A stretch of 48,455 nucleotides of DNA, from assembly GCA_007128495.1 (NCBI GenBank), contig SKXH01000186.1:1-48455 (forward strand). Direction: 5' to 3'. The notes under the pieces are model-generated. The model ran no database searches. It saw only the letters and a program-made list of their open reading frames with translations, and was not told where the DNA came from. Each line of letters opens with the position of its first letter. Positions within the stretch are counted from its first letter, which is position 1. This document shows positions 37,106-47,113 of this stretch, piece after piece. Position numbers and translations under genes: made by a program. This DNA comes from Bacteroidota bacterium. Lineage in GTDB: Bacteria > Bacteroidota > Ignavibacteria > T3Sed10-11.

Positions 37106-38182
37106 TTAATTGTATTTGATCGTTTTATGTTTGTTCATCGTACGCCGTATAAATTTCTCAAGGACGCTTCCATCATCATTTGCTATTGAAAATGAGATAC
37201 GAACCGCATAAAGCGGAAGCGCTTCATTAAACAAATGTTTATATGGTTGTAAACGTATTGCATCTTTTTCGGTGGTCAACAATACATCAGCGTTGTAATG
37301 CTTCGCTTCATCCAGCACAGTATGAATATCATTTTCCGTAAATCTATGATGATCCGGGAACCGGTGAAAACCGGCTATTGATATGCCGGCATCATGCACG
37401 GTTCTGTGAAATTCCTCCGGCTGTGCTATACCCGAGAAAAGATACGCCGTTTTGGGTACTACATTTTGTACAGGAACACTTTCTTCCTGCATTACATCAA
37501 AAAAATCTTCAAGTTTAATTTCCGAGCCGATGACCGGTGCCGGCGTATACCGGTGTACCAGTTGTTCAATCGACTTCAACATTAAATCATTGCTATATTT
37601 TGTCGCAATAACGATATCTGCTCGCCGCAATGACCGCAAACTTTCGCGTAATCTGCCGACCGGTATATGAGCGCGTAAGTGTTCAGGGCTCGATGCATCG
37701 ATTAAAACAATATCCAGATCCCGGTGTAAGGCACGATGCTGAAATCCATCATCCAAAACAATGACATCGACCCTGTAATTCTGGATCATAGATTTACCGC
37801 CGGGATACCGCTTTTCGTGTACCGCCACAACGGCACCGGGAATTTTATGCGCAAGCATCACCGGTTCATCTCCACCGCGATCGGCATTTTCCCTGATATT
37901 CGCACCGTCGGATATTACCAGATATCCTCTTGAAGACCGTTTATATCCCCGGCTGAGAATACCGACCTTATAATCACGACTTTGCAGCAAATTTGCAACA
38001 TACGCAACAGCGGGCGTTTTACCGGTACCGCCCGTCGTTATATTACCGACCGATATTACCGGCACGGATAACTTTTTTGATTGAAAAATTTTAATGTCAA
38101 AGAACAAATTCCTTAAAAATAAAATGCAAGCGTATACGAAATTGAACGGATATAAAAAATACCTTTGTATTGTTTGCATCAT
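37106..38182 (-). CDS. lpxK: tetraacyldisaccharide 4'-kinase
   Basis: 'PVISVGNITTGGTGKTP' P-loop, 'ILSRGY', 'GDEP', 'DDGFQH'. Confidence 0.9.
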   Translation of the reverse strand: MMQTIQRYFLYPFNFVYACILFLRNLFFDIKIFQSKKLSVPVISVGNITTGGTGKTPAVAYVANLLQSRDYKVGILSRGYKRSSRGYLVISDGANIRENADRGGDEPVMLAHKIPGAVVAVHEKRYPGGKSMIQNYRVDVIVLDDGFQHRALHRDLDIVLIDASSPEHLRAHIPVGRLRESLRSLRRADIVIATKYSNDLMLKSIEQLVHRYTPAPVIGSEIKLEDFFDVMQEESVPVQNVVPKTAYLFSGIAQPEEFHRTVHDAGISIAGFHRFPDHHRFTENDIHTVLDEAKHYNADVLLTTEKDAIRLQPYKHLFNEALPLYAVRISFSIANDDGSVLEKFIRRTMNKHKTIKYN

Positions 38183-38829
38183 GCACCAGCAATGCCCGGT
38201 TTCATTTTTTCCTGAAAATCCTCCCGGTATGCGTCCAGTGCATCACCATTCAAATCGGGATCGATCATCTCAGGAGCACGGTATTGTACAATGATTTTCG
38301 AAAACGGGAGCGGCACGGTAAATTTATCCCAGCTACGTATATGTGTCGCATTAGAAACTGAAAAAGTTACTGCAATCACAGGAACTCCTGTTTTTTGAGC
38401 AATTCGTAACGCGCCCATTTTCATTTCATATCTCGGGCCGCGGGGGCCGTCGGGAGTTACCACGAGCATATGTCCTGCACGAACTAAATTTTCCATTTCC
38501 TGCCGTGCTTCCTTGCCGCCTTTTGAACTACTGCCGCGAATGACATTGTACTTCCATTGTTTCAAAATTTCCGCCAACAAATCTCCGTCTCTACTCCGAC
38601 TTACAAGCGAGCTATACCCGCGGTACCGATGAAAGTACCATCCCATCAACATATCGCCATGCCAGAATACAAGCACAAACGGCTTACGTTTTTCGGTAAG
38701 TGAGTCGATGTACTCACGGCCGACAAACTCGACGCGCCAGGTGGCAGCCGTAAGTCCGACCAGCGAAGTAATCGACCACCCTAAGCTTTTTAATTTCCAC
38801 GGACCTAACCGGTTTTTTATAAATCCCAT
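38179..38829 (-). CDS. DUF374 / lysophospholipid-acyltransferase-like protein
   Basis: 'FWHGDML', 'SRSRDGDL', 'VTPDGPRGPRYEMKMGALRIAQKTGVPVI'. It overlaps the lpxK start by 4 nt. Confidence 0.75.
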   Translation of the reverse strand: MGFIKNRLGPWKLKSLGWSITSLVGLTAATWRVEFVGREYIDSLTEKRKPFVLVFWHGDMLMGWYFHRYRGYSSLVSRSRDGDLLAEILKQWKYNVIRGSSSKGGKEARQEMENLVRAGHMLVVTPDGPRGPRYEMKMGALRIAQKTGVPVIAVTFSVSNATHIRSWDKFTVPLPFSKIIVQYRAPEMIDPDLNGDALDAYREDFQEKMKPGIAGA

Positions 38830-38844
38830 AACAATCAGATATAA

Positions 38845-39999
38845 TTACCGACTGTTTAATCCGGCCATTTCAAGAACCCGGGTCGCAGCACGCTGCGAAG
38901 CCCCCGGCTCCCCGAGCATTGATTTAATCGATGAAAGCCGGTCCTTCATTACATTCCGTTTTTTGTCATCTTCTAAAAGTTCTTTACCATACCGGTATAA
39001 TTTCTGAACATTAACATCACCCTGGCTGAGTTCCTTAACAACTTCCTCATCAGCAAGTATATTGACCAGTGAAAAGTGATTCAGGTTGACGATCATCCTT
39101 CCGACAAAATAATTGAACGCAGATGTTTTATAGAGCACCACCATAGGTAATCTAAAACATGCCGCTTCAAGCGTTGCCGTACCTGATTTCACATACGCAA
39201 CTTCAGCATGCCGCATAAGATTGTATGTCTCTCCCTGCAAGAGCGGGATATCCTCGCTCCCTGCAGGCAGCAATGGTCTGATAGAATCCGTCGGTAAATT
39301 CGGAGATACACCGATAACCGGTTGTACTCCAAGCTCTTCCCGTAAGCGCAGAGCGGCTTGCGTCATAACCCCTGCGTGATTGATTATCTCGCGGGCACGG
39401 CTTCCCGGGAAAAGTGCCAATATTTTTTTATCGGGATCGAGCCCCGTAGACTGGCAGAATACCGATCGCTCACTCGTTTTCTCAACCAGATCAAGAATCG
39501 GATGACCGACAAACTCAGCATCAATCTCTCTATCTTTAAAATACTTCTGTTCAAATGGTAAAATCACCAGGGCGCGATCGACATATTTTCGCATTTTTTT
39601 CAGCCGGTGCTTACCCCATGCCCACACCTGAGGCGCTATGTAATAAACAACCGGTATATTACGTTCTTTTGCGTACCGTGCAATACGCAAATTCATACCG
39701 GGGAAATCTATCAATACCACCACTCTCGGCTTCCTTGCATCGAGCAACGTCTTAATTGTACGTTCAACCGAACGGATCAAGGAAATATTCCGTATCACCT
39801 CACTGAACCCCATGAACGAGAGCTCGTTAATATGATATACGATATGAACGTCCTGGTCGCGCATCCGTTCCCCGCCGATACCGAATAACGACAAACCGGG
39901 CCGTACCTTTTTCATCTCCTTCACAAGATTACTTCCATGCAGGTCGCCCGACGCCTCACCCGCCACGACCATAATTTCTTCTGTTGCAGCTTTATTCAT
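38845..39999 (-). CDS. lpxB: lipid-A-disaccharide synthase
   Basis: 'VVAGEASGDLHGSNL', 'PQVWAWG', 'LFPGSR', 'SGTATLE'. Confidence 0.9.
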   Translation of the reverse strand: MNKAATEEIMVVAGEASGDLHGSNLVKEMKKVRPGLSLFGIGGERMRDQDVHIVYHINELSFMGFSEVIRNISLIRSVERTIKTLLDARKPRVVVLIDFPGMNLRIARYAKERNIPVVYYIAPQVWAWGKHRLKKMRKYVDRALVILPFEQKYFKDREIDAEFVGHPILDLVEKTSERSVFCQSTGLDPDKKILALFPGSRAREIINHAGVMTQAALRLREELGVQPVIGVSPNLPTDSIRPLLPAGSEDIPLLQGETYNLMRHAEVAYVKSGTATLEAACFRLPMVVLYKTSAFNYFVGRMIVNLNHFSLVNILADEEVVKELSQGDVNVQKLYRYGKELLEDDKKRNVMKDRLSSIKSMLGEPGASQRAATRVLEMAGLNSR

Positions 40000-40004
40000 G
40001 TTTT

Positions 40005-40730
40005 TTATACATTTGCTTCGATACGAAACGCTTCGCGTCGTCGAATTTCAGCCCGATGCCGCGGATTGAGACGTTTTCGTTGTAATAATTCTTCTATTCT
40101 GCTCCGGACATCTTTAAACCCGGAAAACTCAAAATAGCTTATATTTGCATCACGGCAATATTGTATTAGCTTTCGTTTTGCAAAAACCACATCGGCGTAA
40201 TCTGCTGCACACCTGTCCGATATCCCGTCACCCACAATAATTCGCAGTTGATCATCACCGGCGTTGTTTAATACGTGAGTACCTTTGCAATTTGCAGCCC
40301 GCTTACAATACGGATTCAGATATGGAAACTCCGGGATCAACGTATTGTTTTCAATCCGCAGAGAATTTGCATATACCGGTATGTGATCGAGCTTATAGTT
40401 GCTCAAGATCCTTTTAATGTAGTAATCGAATCCATCACTTATTATTTCTATCTCGATGTTATTTCGTTCGCAAAATTCAACAAATGACGGAAAAGCTGCA
40501 TCAAGCTCCTGCTCATCAATGAAAGCGTTAAAAGTATCCACATCAAGATCATAAACATCCGCACATTCACGCCGTATACATTCATCGCCGCCGATCTCAT
40601 CTTTAAGGTACAATGCAACGGCCTGGCGTGCGGCTTCACCGCCGAACGTTCGAAACAGAAGTGCCCGGACATCGCTCCTGCAAACGGTACCGTCGAAATC
40701 ACAAAATATTTTCAAAGAACGTATCATCAA
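40005..40730 (-). CDS. HAD-IB family phosphatase (MtnX-like architecture)
   Basis: 'IFCDFDGTV' (DxDGT), 'ISDGFDYY', 'VGDGISDRCAADYADVVFAK', and a Cys-rich cap 'CKRAANCKG'. It overlaps the smc stop by 4 nt. Confidence 0.75.
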   Translation of the reverse strand: MMIRSLKIFCDFDGTVCRSDVRALLFRTFGGEAARQAVALYLKDEIGGDECIRRECADVYDLDVDTFNAFIDEQELDAAFPSFVEFCERNNIEIEIISDGFDYYIKRILSNYKLDHIPVYANSLRIENNTLIPEFPYLNPYCKRAANCKGTHVLNNAGDDQLRIIVGDGISDRCAADYADVVFAKRKLIQYCRDANISYFEFSGFKDVRSRIEELLQRKRLNPRHRAEIRRREAFRIEANV

Positions 40731-43700
40731 TTCACCGCGACCGAGGGATCATTAAACCGTACCGAAACCAGCTTCGAGACACCGCTCTCTTCCATCGTAA
40801 CGCCATACAGGGCAGCAGCAGCTTCCATCGTACGCTTATTATGTGTTACAACAATAAACTGGGTGTTGTCGCTGAACTGATCAAGCATATTGGTAAACCG
40901 GTCGATGTTCGAATCGTCAAGCGGTGCATCGACTTCATCGAGGATACAAAACGGACTCGGTTTAACCAGATAAATCGCGAACAGCAGTGCGATCGCTGTT
41001 AATGTTTTCTCACCGCCCGAAAGCAACGAGATCGATGTCGGTCGTTTTCCGCGCGGCTTGGCGATTATTTCAATTTTCGCCTCGAGCAAATCTATATTTT
41101 TGGGAGATACCTCCGATTCGGTGTTCGGATCGACGATCCGAAGATCGCATTCATCACCTTCGTCGAATAAACTTTTAAATGTTTTAATAAAGTTCTCACG
41201 AATCAACTTGAACGTTTCGAGGAATTTCTCCTGTGCAGTAGTATTTATCTCATCAATGGTTTCGATCAGGGTCTTTTCTGATTGATGCAGGTCTTCGCTC
41301 TGGCTTTTAAGAAATTTCAACCGCTCCAATTCGTTTTCATATTCCTCAAAGGCGGCGAAGTTGACACTACCGAGTTTCCGTAAACGGGTTTTAATTTCGT
41401 TGATCTTCTCACGCGCCTCAGCTACATCGAACGAATCGGCCTCCGGGAATGATTTTAATTCAAGCGTAAACTCGAGCTCTTCGGTAGCGCGCTGTTCCAT
41501 AGATTCGAGCTTGAGTTTGAGTTCATTCAATTTCATTTCCAGCTCGTGTGTAACCGATACCGAATCATCCCGCACACGCCGGTCGTCCCGTATCGCATCG
41601 GTAATTTTTTGCACTTCTTTACGTTTTTCCTGGTGCTCTTTTTCAATTTCCTCCCGCCGTGATTCTATCGCGTTGAGATCGTCTCTCATATGCTCAAGTT
41701 CATGTTCTGCATCGGCAATCTTTTGCCTCTCGTTCTTTCGTTCGTCTTCAGCAGCGGCTATTTCGTTGGTCCGCTTTTCGATGAGCTCATTTAATTCCGT
41801 TATCTTAGAATCGGCAAATTCAATTTCCCGCTCGAACTTGCTGCGTGCATTTACTTTATCGAGTTTCCTCATCGAGACCTCGTTCACAACGCTTGCACGC
41901 TGATTTCGCTCTTTTTCAAGATACTCCACTTCTTCCGACATCATACCGACACGATGTTCGGTCTCGGATCGTTTTCGTTCCAGTTCCTCAAGTTCCGGTT
42001 GATATCCTTGCAGTGTTTTCTGCAGTTCATCTATCTCGGATTGAAGCCGTTGTGATTCGGTATTATTTCGTTCGACCGCTTCTTCGGCACGTTTTTTTTC
42101 AAACTGTAACTGCGCAATGCGAATTTCTATCGAGGTGATCTTCTTCTCAAGTGTTTTGACTTTTTCGGTCTCGGCCTTAATATCGAATATCTGAAATTCT
42201 TCATTCTTTTTTTGTATCTCGTTTTCAAGTTGTTCCCGTGTTTCATCAAACGATGCAAGATCGCGGTTCAGCTCCTCTATCTGCTGACGTTTGTTAATCG
42301 ACCGTCCTTCATCCGAGCGGGCGCTTCCGCCCCGCAAGATCCCTTTCGATGAAATTTTCTCGCCATCGAGCGTTACACACTCGCGTACTCCCGGATGACC
42401 GAGCAACTCCCTGCCTTCATCAAGTGAACCGACGATCAGGACTCCATCCAGCAGCAGCTTCATCAAAGGACGAAGTTGTGCGGGCACCTCCACCACATCC
42501 GCGGCCCGTGATACCTGATTATCGGGTATAGTCGGGTGATGACCGGTAGATTGATATTCACTGTTATCAATACGATCGAGACATATAAAGGTTGCCTTCC
42601 CTTTACCATCACGTTTAAGCACCTCAATAGCACTGCCGGCATCTTCAGATGATTCAAGGACAATAAAACCCGCTGCCTCACCAAGCGCCGCTTCCAATGC
42701 CACGCGGTAGTGTGAGTCGGCACGAATCATTTCACCGAGGGTTGTTACCTCATTCGTAGAAGTAATCCATCTTCGATTTTGCAAGAGGTATTGGGCTCCC
42801 TCGGTCATGCCGTCGTGCGACTCGATCAATCCTTTTAGAAATTGAAGTCGAGTTTGTGCACGTTCGATCGAACCTTTCGTCTCAAATAATCCGGATCGCA
42901 GATTATCAAGTTCTTGCAGCACTTCACGCCGCCGGTTCTCCGTCCGGTACAGTTTAATCTCCGCCTCGACGAATTCTTCACGATATTTTTTATGTTCGTC
43001 GGAAACGGATTCTATCTTCTTATTTATTTCCTCAATTTCGTTCTTGTAATGCGTATTTTCTTCCTCGGCACGCTCGATGCGACCTTTTAAATTATCTATT
43101 CGCGCTTTACTGCGCTCCTGCTCCCGCCGGCTCTCGCCGATACTGCGAACTATCTCTACAACACCGTCCTGTTCAGCACGGAGATTTTTTTTCTTTTGGT
43201 TGAGTGTATCCTCAAACTCTTTCAGATCTTGCTGCTTTCCGGTCAACTCGGCATCTACCGTTTCTATTTCACCTTCAATCTTCTCGATCTGAATCCGGTG
43301 TTTGGATTTCGATTCATCGAGCCGGTGAATTTGATTGTATGCGCCGATCTTTTCCTGTTCATATCGTTTGATATTTTCGCTTAATGTTTTTATTCGTTCA
43401 GCCGCAATGATACGCTGCTCGTCGGTTTTATGTATTGTATCGCGCATCGAATTGTATTCTTTGAGCGTGGCATTCAGGCCGGATTCGATACCGCCCATTT
43501 CATCACGCAACACTTCGAGTAATGCTTCCCGCCGCTTTAACTCCTCATCGATACGATTTTTATCGTCGAGTGCTACTTTTAATTTTTCATCGAGCGAAGA
43601 ATGCCGGGCTACGGCGGATGCATATTCACGCTCGATAAGTTCAATCTCAAGCTTTCTCAATTCACCCGAAAGCTGTTTGTGTTCTTCTGCTTTTTTCGCC

Positions 43701-44323
43701 TGCCGTTCAAGTGAGGTGACGGTTTTCTGTACCTCTTTAACTATATCATTCACCCGCATAAGATCAGACTGCACATGTTCAAGCCGGCGATATGCTTCTT
43801 TACGGCGGTGCTTGTAGCGTGTAACACCGGCGGCTTCTTCAAATAACCGTCGCCGTTCATCGGCTTTATCGCTTAGTATGGTCTCGACCATTTTTAGCTC
43901 AATAACTGAATACGCATTCGCCCCCATTCCCGTATCCATGAAGAGATCGATAATATCTTTCAGACGGCAGACAGTTCCGTTCAGAACATATTCACTTTCT
44001 CCTGATCGGTATAATCTGCGCCCAATGGCAACTTCAGAATACTCAGACGGCAGAATACCTTTTGAATTCTCGATAGTTAATTGTACTTCGGCCATACTCA
44101 GCGGTTTTCGACGCTCGGTACCATTAAAGATCACATCTTCCATCTTATCGCTCCGGAGCGTACTGGTTTTTTGTTCACCCAGTACCCAGCGGATGGCATC
44201 GACTATGTTGGTTTTACCGCAACCGTTGGGACCGACGATCGCAGTCATCCCCGAATCGAAGGTAATCCCCACCTTGTGTGGAAAAGATTTAAAACCGAAT
44301 ATATCAAGTTTTGATAGATACAT
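40727..44323 (-). CDS. smc: chromosome segregation protein SMC
   Basis: 'MYLSKLDIFGFKSF...IVGPNGCGKTNIVDAIRWVLGEQ' Walker A, long E/K/R coiled coils, a hinge, a signature 'LSGGEKTLTAIALLFA' and Walker B 'FCILDEVDAPLD'. Start 44323 is preferred over the track start 44401, which would overlap the upstream gene by 71 nt. Confidence 0.93.
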   Translation of the reverse strand: MYLSKLDIFGFKSFPHKVGITFDSGMTAIVGPNGCGKTNIVDAIRWVLGEQKTSTLRSDKMEDVIFNGTERRKPLSMAEVQLTIENSKGILPSEYSEVAIGRRLYRSGESEYVLNGTVCRLKDIIDLFMDTGMGANAYSVIELKMVETILSDKADERRRLFEEAAGVTRYKHRRKEAYRRLEHVQSDLMRVNDIVKEVQKTVTSLERQAKKAEEHKQLSGELRKLEIELIEREYASAVARHSSLDEKLKVALDDKNRIDEELKRREALLEVLRDEMGGIESGLNATLKEYNSMRDTIHKTDEQRIIAAERIKTLSENIKRYEQEKIGAYNQIHRLDESKSKHRIQIEKIEGEIETVDAELTGKQQDLKEFEDTLNQKKKNLRAEQDGVVEIVRSIGESRREQERSKARIDNLKGRIERAEEENTHYKNEIEEINKKIESVSDEHKKYREEFVEAEIKLYRTENRRREVLQELDNLRSGLFETKGSIERAQTRLQFLKGLIESHDGMTEGAQYLLQNRRWITSTNEVTTLGEMIRADSHYRVALEAALGEAAGFIVLESSEDAGSAIEVLKRDGKGKATFICLDRIDNSEYQSTGHHPTIPDNQVSRAADVVEVPAQLRPLMKLLLDGVLIVGSLDEGRELLGHPGVRECVTLDGEKISSKGILRGGSARSDEGRSINKRQQIEELNRDLASFDETREQLENEIQKKNEEFQIFDIKAETEKVKTLEKKITSIEIRIAQLQFEKKRAEEAVERNNTESQRLQSEIDELQKTLQGYQPELEELERKRSETEHRVGMMSEEVEYLEKERNQRASVVNEVSMRKLDKVNARSKFEREIEFADSKITELNELIEKRTNEIAAAEDERKNERQKIADAEHELEHMRDDLNAIESRREEIEKEHQEKRKEVQKITDAIRDDRRVRDDSVSVTHELEMKLNELKLKLESMEQRATEELEFTLELKSFPEADSFDVAEAREKINEIKTRLRKLGSVNFAAFEEYENELERLKFLKSQSEDLHQSEKTLIETIDEINTTAQEKFLETFKLIRENFIKTFKSLFDEGDECDLRIVDPNTESEVSPKNIDLLEAKIEIIAKPRGKRPTSISLLSGGEKTLTAIALLFAIYLVKPSPFCILDEVDAPLDDSNIDRFTNMLDQFSDNTQFIVVTHNKRTMEAAAALYGVTMEESGVSKLVSVRFNDPSVAVN

Positions 44324-44330
44324 AATACCC

Positions 44331-47012
44331 TTAGAACCGGAATCCTTCAAACATATGTATGAAAAAACTGATATATGAGAACGTTGCCTGTAAATACTCA
44401 CTTACAAGCAGCATAATACCGTTAATCGCTACTAATATTAAGATACCGAGTACGTACACCCGAACCGGGAGTACATCGTAAATGATCGAAACACCTTTAA
44501 AAAACCGGAACAAAACCCACAACAACAGAAGTCCGATTATTGTTAGCATAGGAAGAACATAAAACTCCGTTTCGAGTACGTTATACAATATCATCGAAAG
44601 CGGGATAAACGCAACAAGCGGTAATGTCGACCAACAGGTAACAACAAATGAGTGTGACAACAAGACTCGCGTTTTAACAAAAAGAGAAAAAAACTGAACA
44701 GCCAGTGATGCAAGCAGCAATAACACAAGGTATAGAGCCGCTATCAAAACGATAATTTGCCAGGTCTCTTGCACAGTATTTGCCAGGAATGCCTTAACAT
44801 CATCGGCAATCAAAAAGTGTGTAAAAACATAATCTACGATCTGGTTATTGCCGTAATGTTGTATAAAACTGGCAAAAATCATTCCCATCGTTAATGATAT
44901 CAACAACGCCAGATTTACCGTATGAAATCCTGAAAGAACCCGCTGATCACGGACATCGGCATAAAAATTATAAGGGCGAAGCAGCGATCTGTTGACATTT
45001 TCCCTAAATCGCCGGCTTGAATTTATAAGATACGCAAACCCGAGCAGGACAAGAAATCCGCCGATTATATACTCAAAGGGAGTTCGGCCGGGCATTTCGC
45101 CGGCAGTAAGCGCCGGCGTTTGTTCACCGCGATATAATGCCCGAACGACTTCAAATCCTTTGCGCTGCTGCCTATCGGAACCGAGGATGCCGCTTGTATG
45201 CAAGTACAACTCGTTACCGGGAATCACCGTTGTCGGTCGTTGCGCGCGCCAGTCGGTAAACGAATTAATAAGTACTCCGTCAATATTGAACTCACGCAGC
45301 ATCGGCATCATTTGCAATAAATATCGTGCCTGGGCATTATATGATGCAGGATCGTTATATCCGCGTGTATTACCGGGTTCTACATAGTAGCCGAGTTTAC
45401 CTATTAACAGCGGTTTATCAGGATGTTGTTCCTTCCAATGTAAAATCGATTCCTGAACACCCTCCCGCAATCCCGGCGGTATATTTAAAACTGCAAGGTC
45501 AAGATATTCGGTCGCAAGATCATTCGCCGGAAATTGAGAAGCCGCATACACCGGGCGACCATCCATACCGCGTACAATATCGAGCATATCCTGCACATAA
45601 TTAACTGTTTCCCTGTGCGGCATTTCAAGATTATCCCCGAGCCCCCAGGCGAAAACCGACGGATGATGCCTGTCCCGCGTTATCATAGACTCAAGATATA
45701 CGTGCGCCAATTCACGAAACGATAAATTTTTTAATAATGAACCGGGAATATTAACCGCTGGTTTCTCGATCATGCACATAATACCGTAGCGATCGAATAA
45801 GTTCAGCAGATACGGATGCGGCGGATGGAACGCGACACGCACAAAATTAATATTCGCGATACTCATCAATGCCACGTCCCGTTCAAGTTGCTCGTAACTC
45901 ATCGCGCTTCCACTTTCGGCATGATATTCATGATACACTATTCCCCGCGCGCGGAAGGGTTCGTCATTCAAATATATAGAACCATCGCGGATTTGTATAT
46001 CCCGGAAACCGTAAATCACATTCTTCCTGTCATATTCAACACCATTTTTGTATAACACAATCGATACAGTATACAGGTCGGGCTGATCCGGACTCCATAG
46101 GCGGGGATTACGTGCAACAACTCTTACGGTGTCATCAATCGTACGTCTATTCTCAAAATCAATAAGAACCCGTTGGCTTTGTGCAAGCATTGTACCCCGC
46201 ATCCGGTCGATAACTTCAACTTCAACATGATATGAATCCTCTGCGATGCTCTCTTGGTCTCTCTCGGTCTCTACCGGTATATAATCCGATCTGCGAATCG
46301 AAACAACGACATCCATTTCAGCAACGGTATATCCATCAAGAAAATTCGTATGTATCTGTCTATCATATATTGAGGTAGCGGGTTTTTGCAATATATATAT
46401 ATCACGAAAAATACCGCCATAATTTTTGGGAGTCCACATTTGCGTTTTGATCGGCAGCGTATCGCGGGATCTTAGAAAATTGTTCGAGGTAACCCGGATG
46501 ACGTTTTCACCTTCACGTAAAATGTTTGTTGAAACCGGTAAGGTAAAACTTGTATGTCCCCCGCTATGGCTTCCGATTGGAGTTCCGTTAATGAAAATTT
46601 CCGACGTATAATTTATTCCATAGGCGACAAATTCAAAAGATGCATCTTCGAGTAAAGCGGCGGGGATCGTAAATACACGTTCGTAATTCAGCGTGGCAAC
46701 ACCATCGTAGGCGCTGGGCACTTCTATCGGCTCGTAATCACCACCATCGACTGAAACTTGCCAGGTTCCGGAAAGATCAATTTTATGACGGGATGGACCT
46801 TCGGTAAAGATACCGGCATCCCGACCGGTAGCGGTTTGAAATCCGCCTGTAAGAAATCCTGTATCTGCTTTCGCAGCGGGCATATTGATACAAACCGAAA
46901 TCGCGTAGAGAACTACCACGGGAACGAGGTTGATAATTGATAGGTACGATGACCGAATCAAAGGCGGATACCGGGAGATTAAAATGTTCCAAAATTGAGT
47001 AATTTTACACAT
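44331..47012 (-). CDS. GH2-like (beta-galactosidase/glucuronidase fold) exported domain fused to a C-terminal polytopic membrane domain
   Basis: The GH2 jelly-roll region 'AYGINYTSEIFINGTPIGSHSGGHTSFTLPV' and TIM-barrel motifs 'NFVRVAFHPP', 'RDRHHPSVFAWGLG' and 'INSFTDW' are present. About 6 hydrophobic helices span aa 663-890 (track numbering). ATG 47012 is preferred, because the track start 47063 is a TTG. Confidence 0.75.
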   Translation of the reverse strand: MCKITQFWNILISRYPPLIRSSYLSIINLVPVVVLYAISVCINMPAAKADTGFLTGGFQTATGRDAGIFTEGPSRHKIDLSGTWQVSVDGGDYEPIEVPSAYDGVATLNYERVFTIPAALLEDASFEFVAYGINYTSEIFINGTPIGSHSGGHTSFTLPVSTNILREGENVIRVTSNNFLRSRDTLPIKTQMWTPKNYGGIFRDIYILQKPATSIYDRQIHTNFLDGYTVAEMDVVVSIRRSDYIPVETERDQESIAEDSYHVEVEVIDRMRGTMLAQSQRVLIDFENRRTIDDTVRVVARNPRLWSPDQPDLYTVSIVLYKNGVEYDRKNVIYGFRDIQIRDGSIYLNDEPFRARGIVYHEYHAESGSAMSYEQLERDVALMSIANINFVRVAFHPPHPYLLNLFDRYGIMCMIEKPAVNIPGSLLKNLSFRELAHVYLESMITRDRHHPSVFAWGLGDNLEMPHRETVNYVQDMLDIVRGMDGRPVYAASQFPANDLATEYLDLAVLNIPPGLREGVQESILHWKEQHPDKPLLIGKLGYYVEPGNTRGYNDPASYNAQARYLLQMMPMLREFNIDGVLINSFTDWRAQRPTTVIPGNELYLHTSGILGSDRQQRKGFEVVRALYRGEQTPALTAGEMPGRTPFEYIIGGFLVLLGFAYLINSSRRFRENVNRSLLRPYNFYADVRDQRVLSGFHTVNLALLISLTMGMIFASFIQHYGNNQIVDYVFTHFLIADDVKAFLANTVQETWQIIVLIAALYLVLLLLASLAVQFFSLFVKTRVLLSHSFVVTCWSTLPLVAFIPLSMILYNVLETEFYVLPMLTIIGLLLLWVLFRFFKGVSIIYDVLPVRVYVLGILILVAINGIMLLVSEYLQATFSYISFFIHMFEGFRF

Positions 47013-47113
47013 TTTTTTAATTTCATAAAACTTAAATATAATAAAAAATCGGCCTGAAATCAATGAAAATTGCCGATATAAATGGTTGTTTTTAGTGACT
47101 ATGGATATGTTGG

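Noticed and set aside
41058-44378. Ser-rich 160-180-aa plus-strand ORFs inside smc (41361-41903, 43335-43817, 43878-44378)
   Set aside because: They are the typical antisense shadow of E/K/R/L-rich coiled-coil codons. They are low-complexity with no start context.
44324-44401. Upstream start (44401) for smc giving 'MSIYRQRSHISVF...'
   Set aside because: It would overlap the preceding gene by 71 nt. The canonical SMC N-terminus 'MYLSKLDIFGFKSF' starts at 44323.
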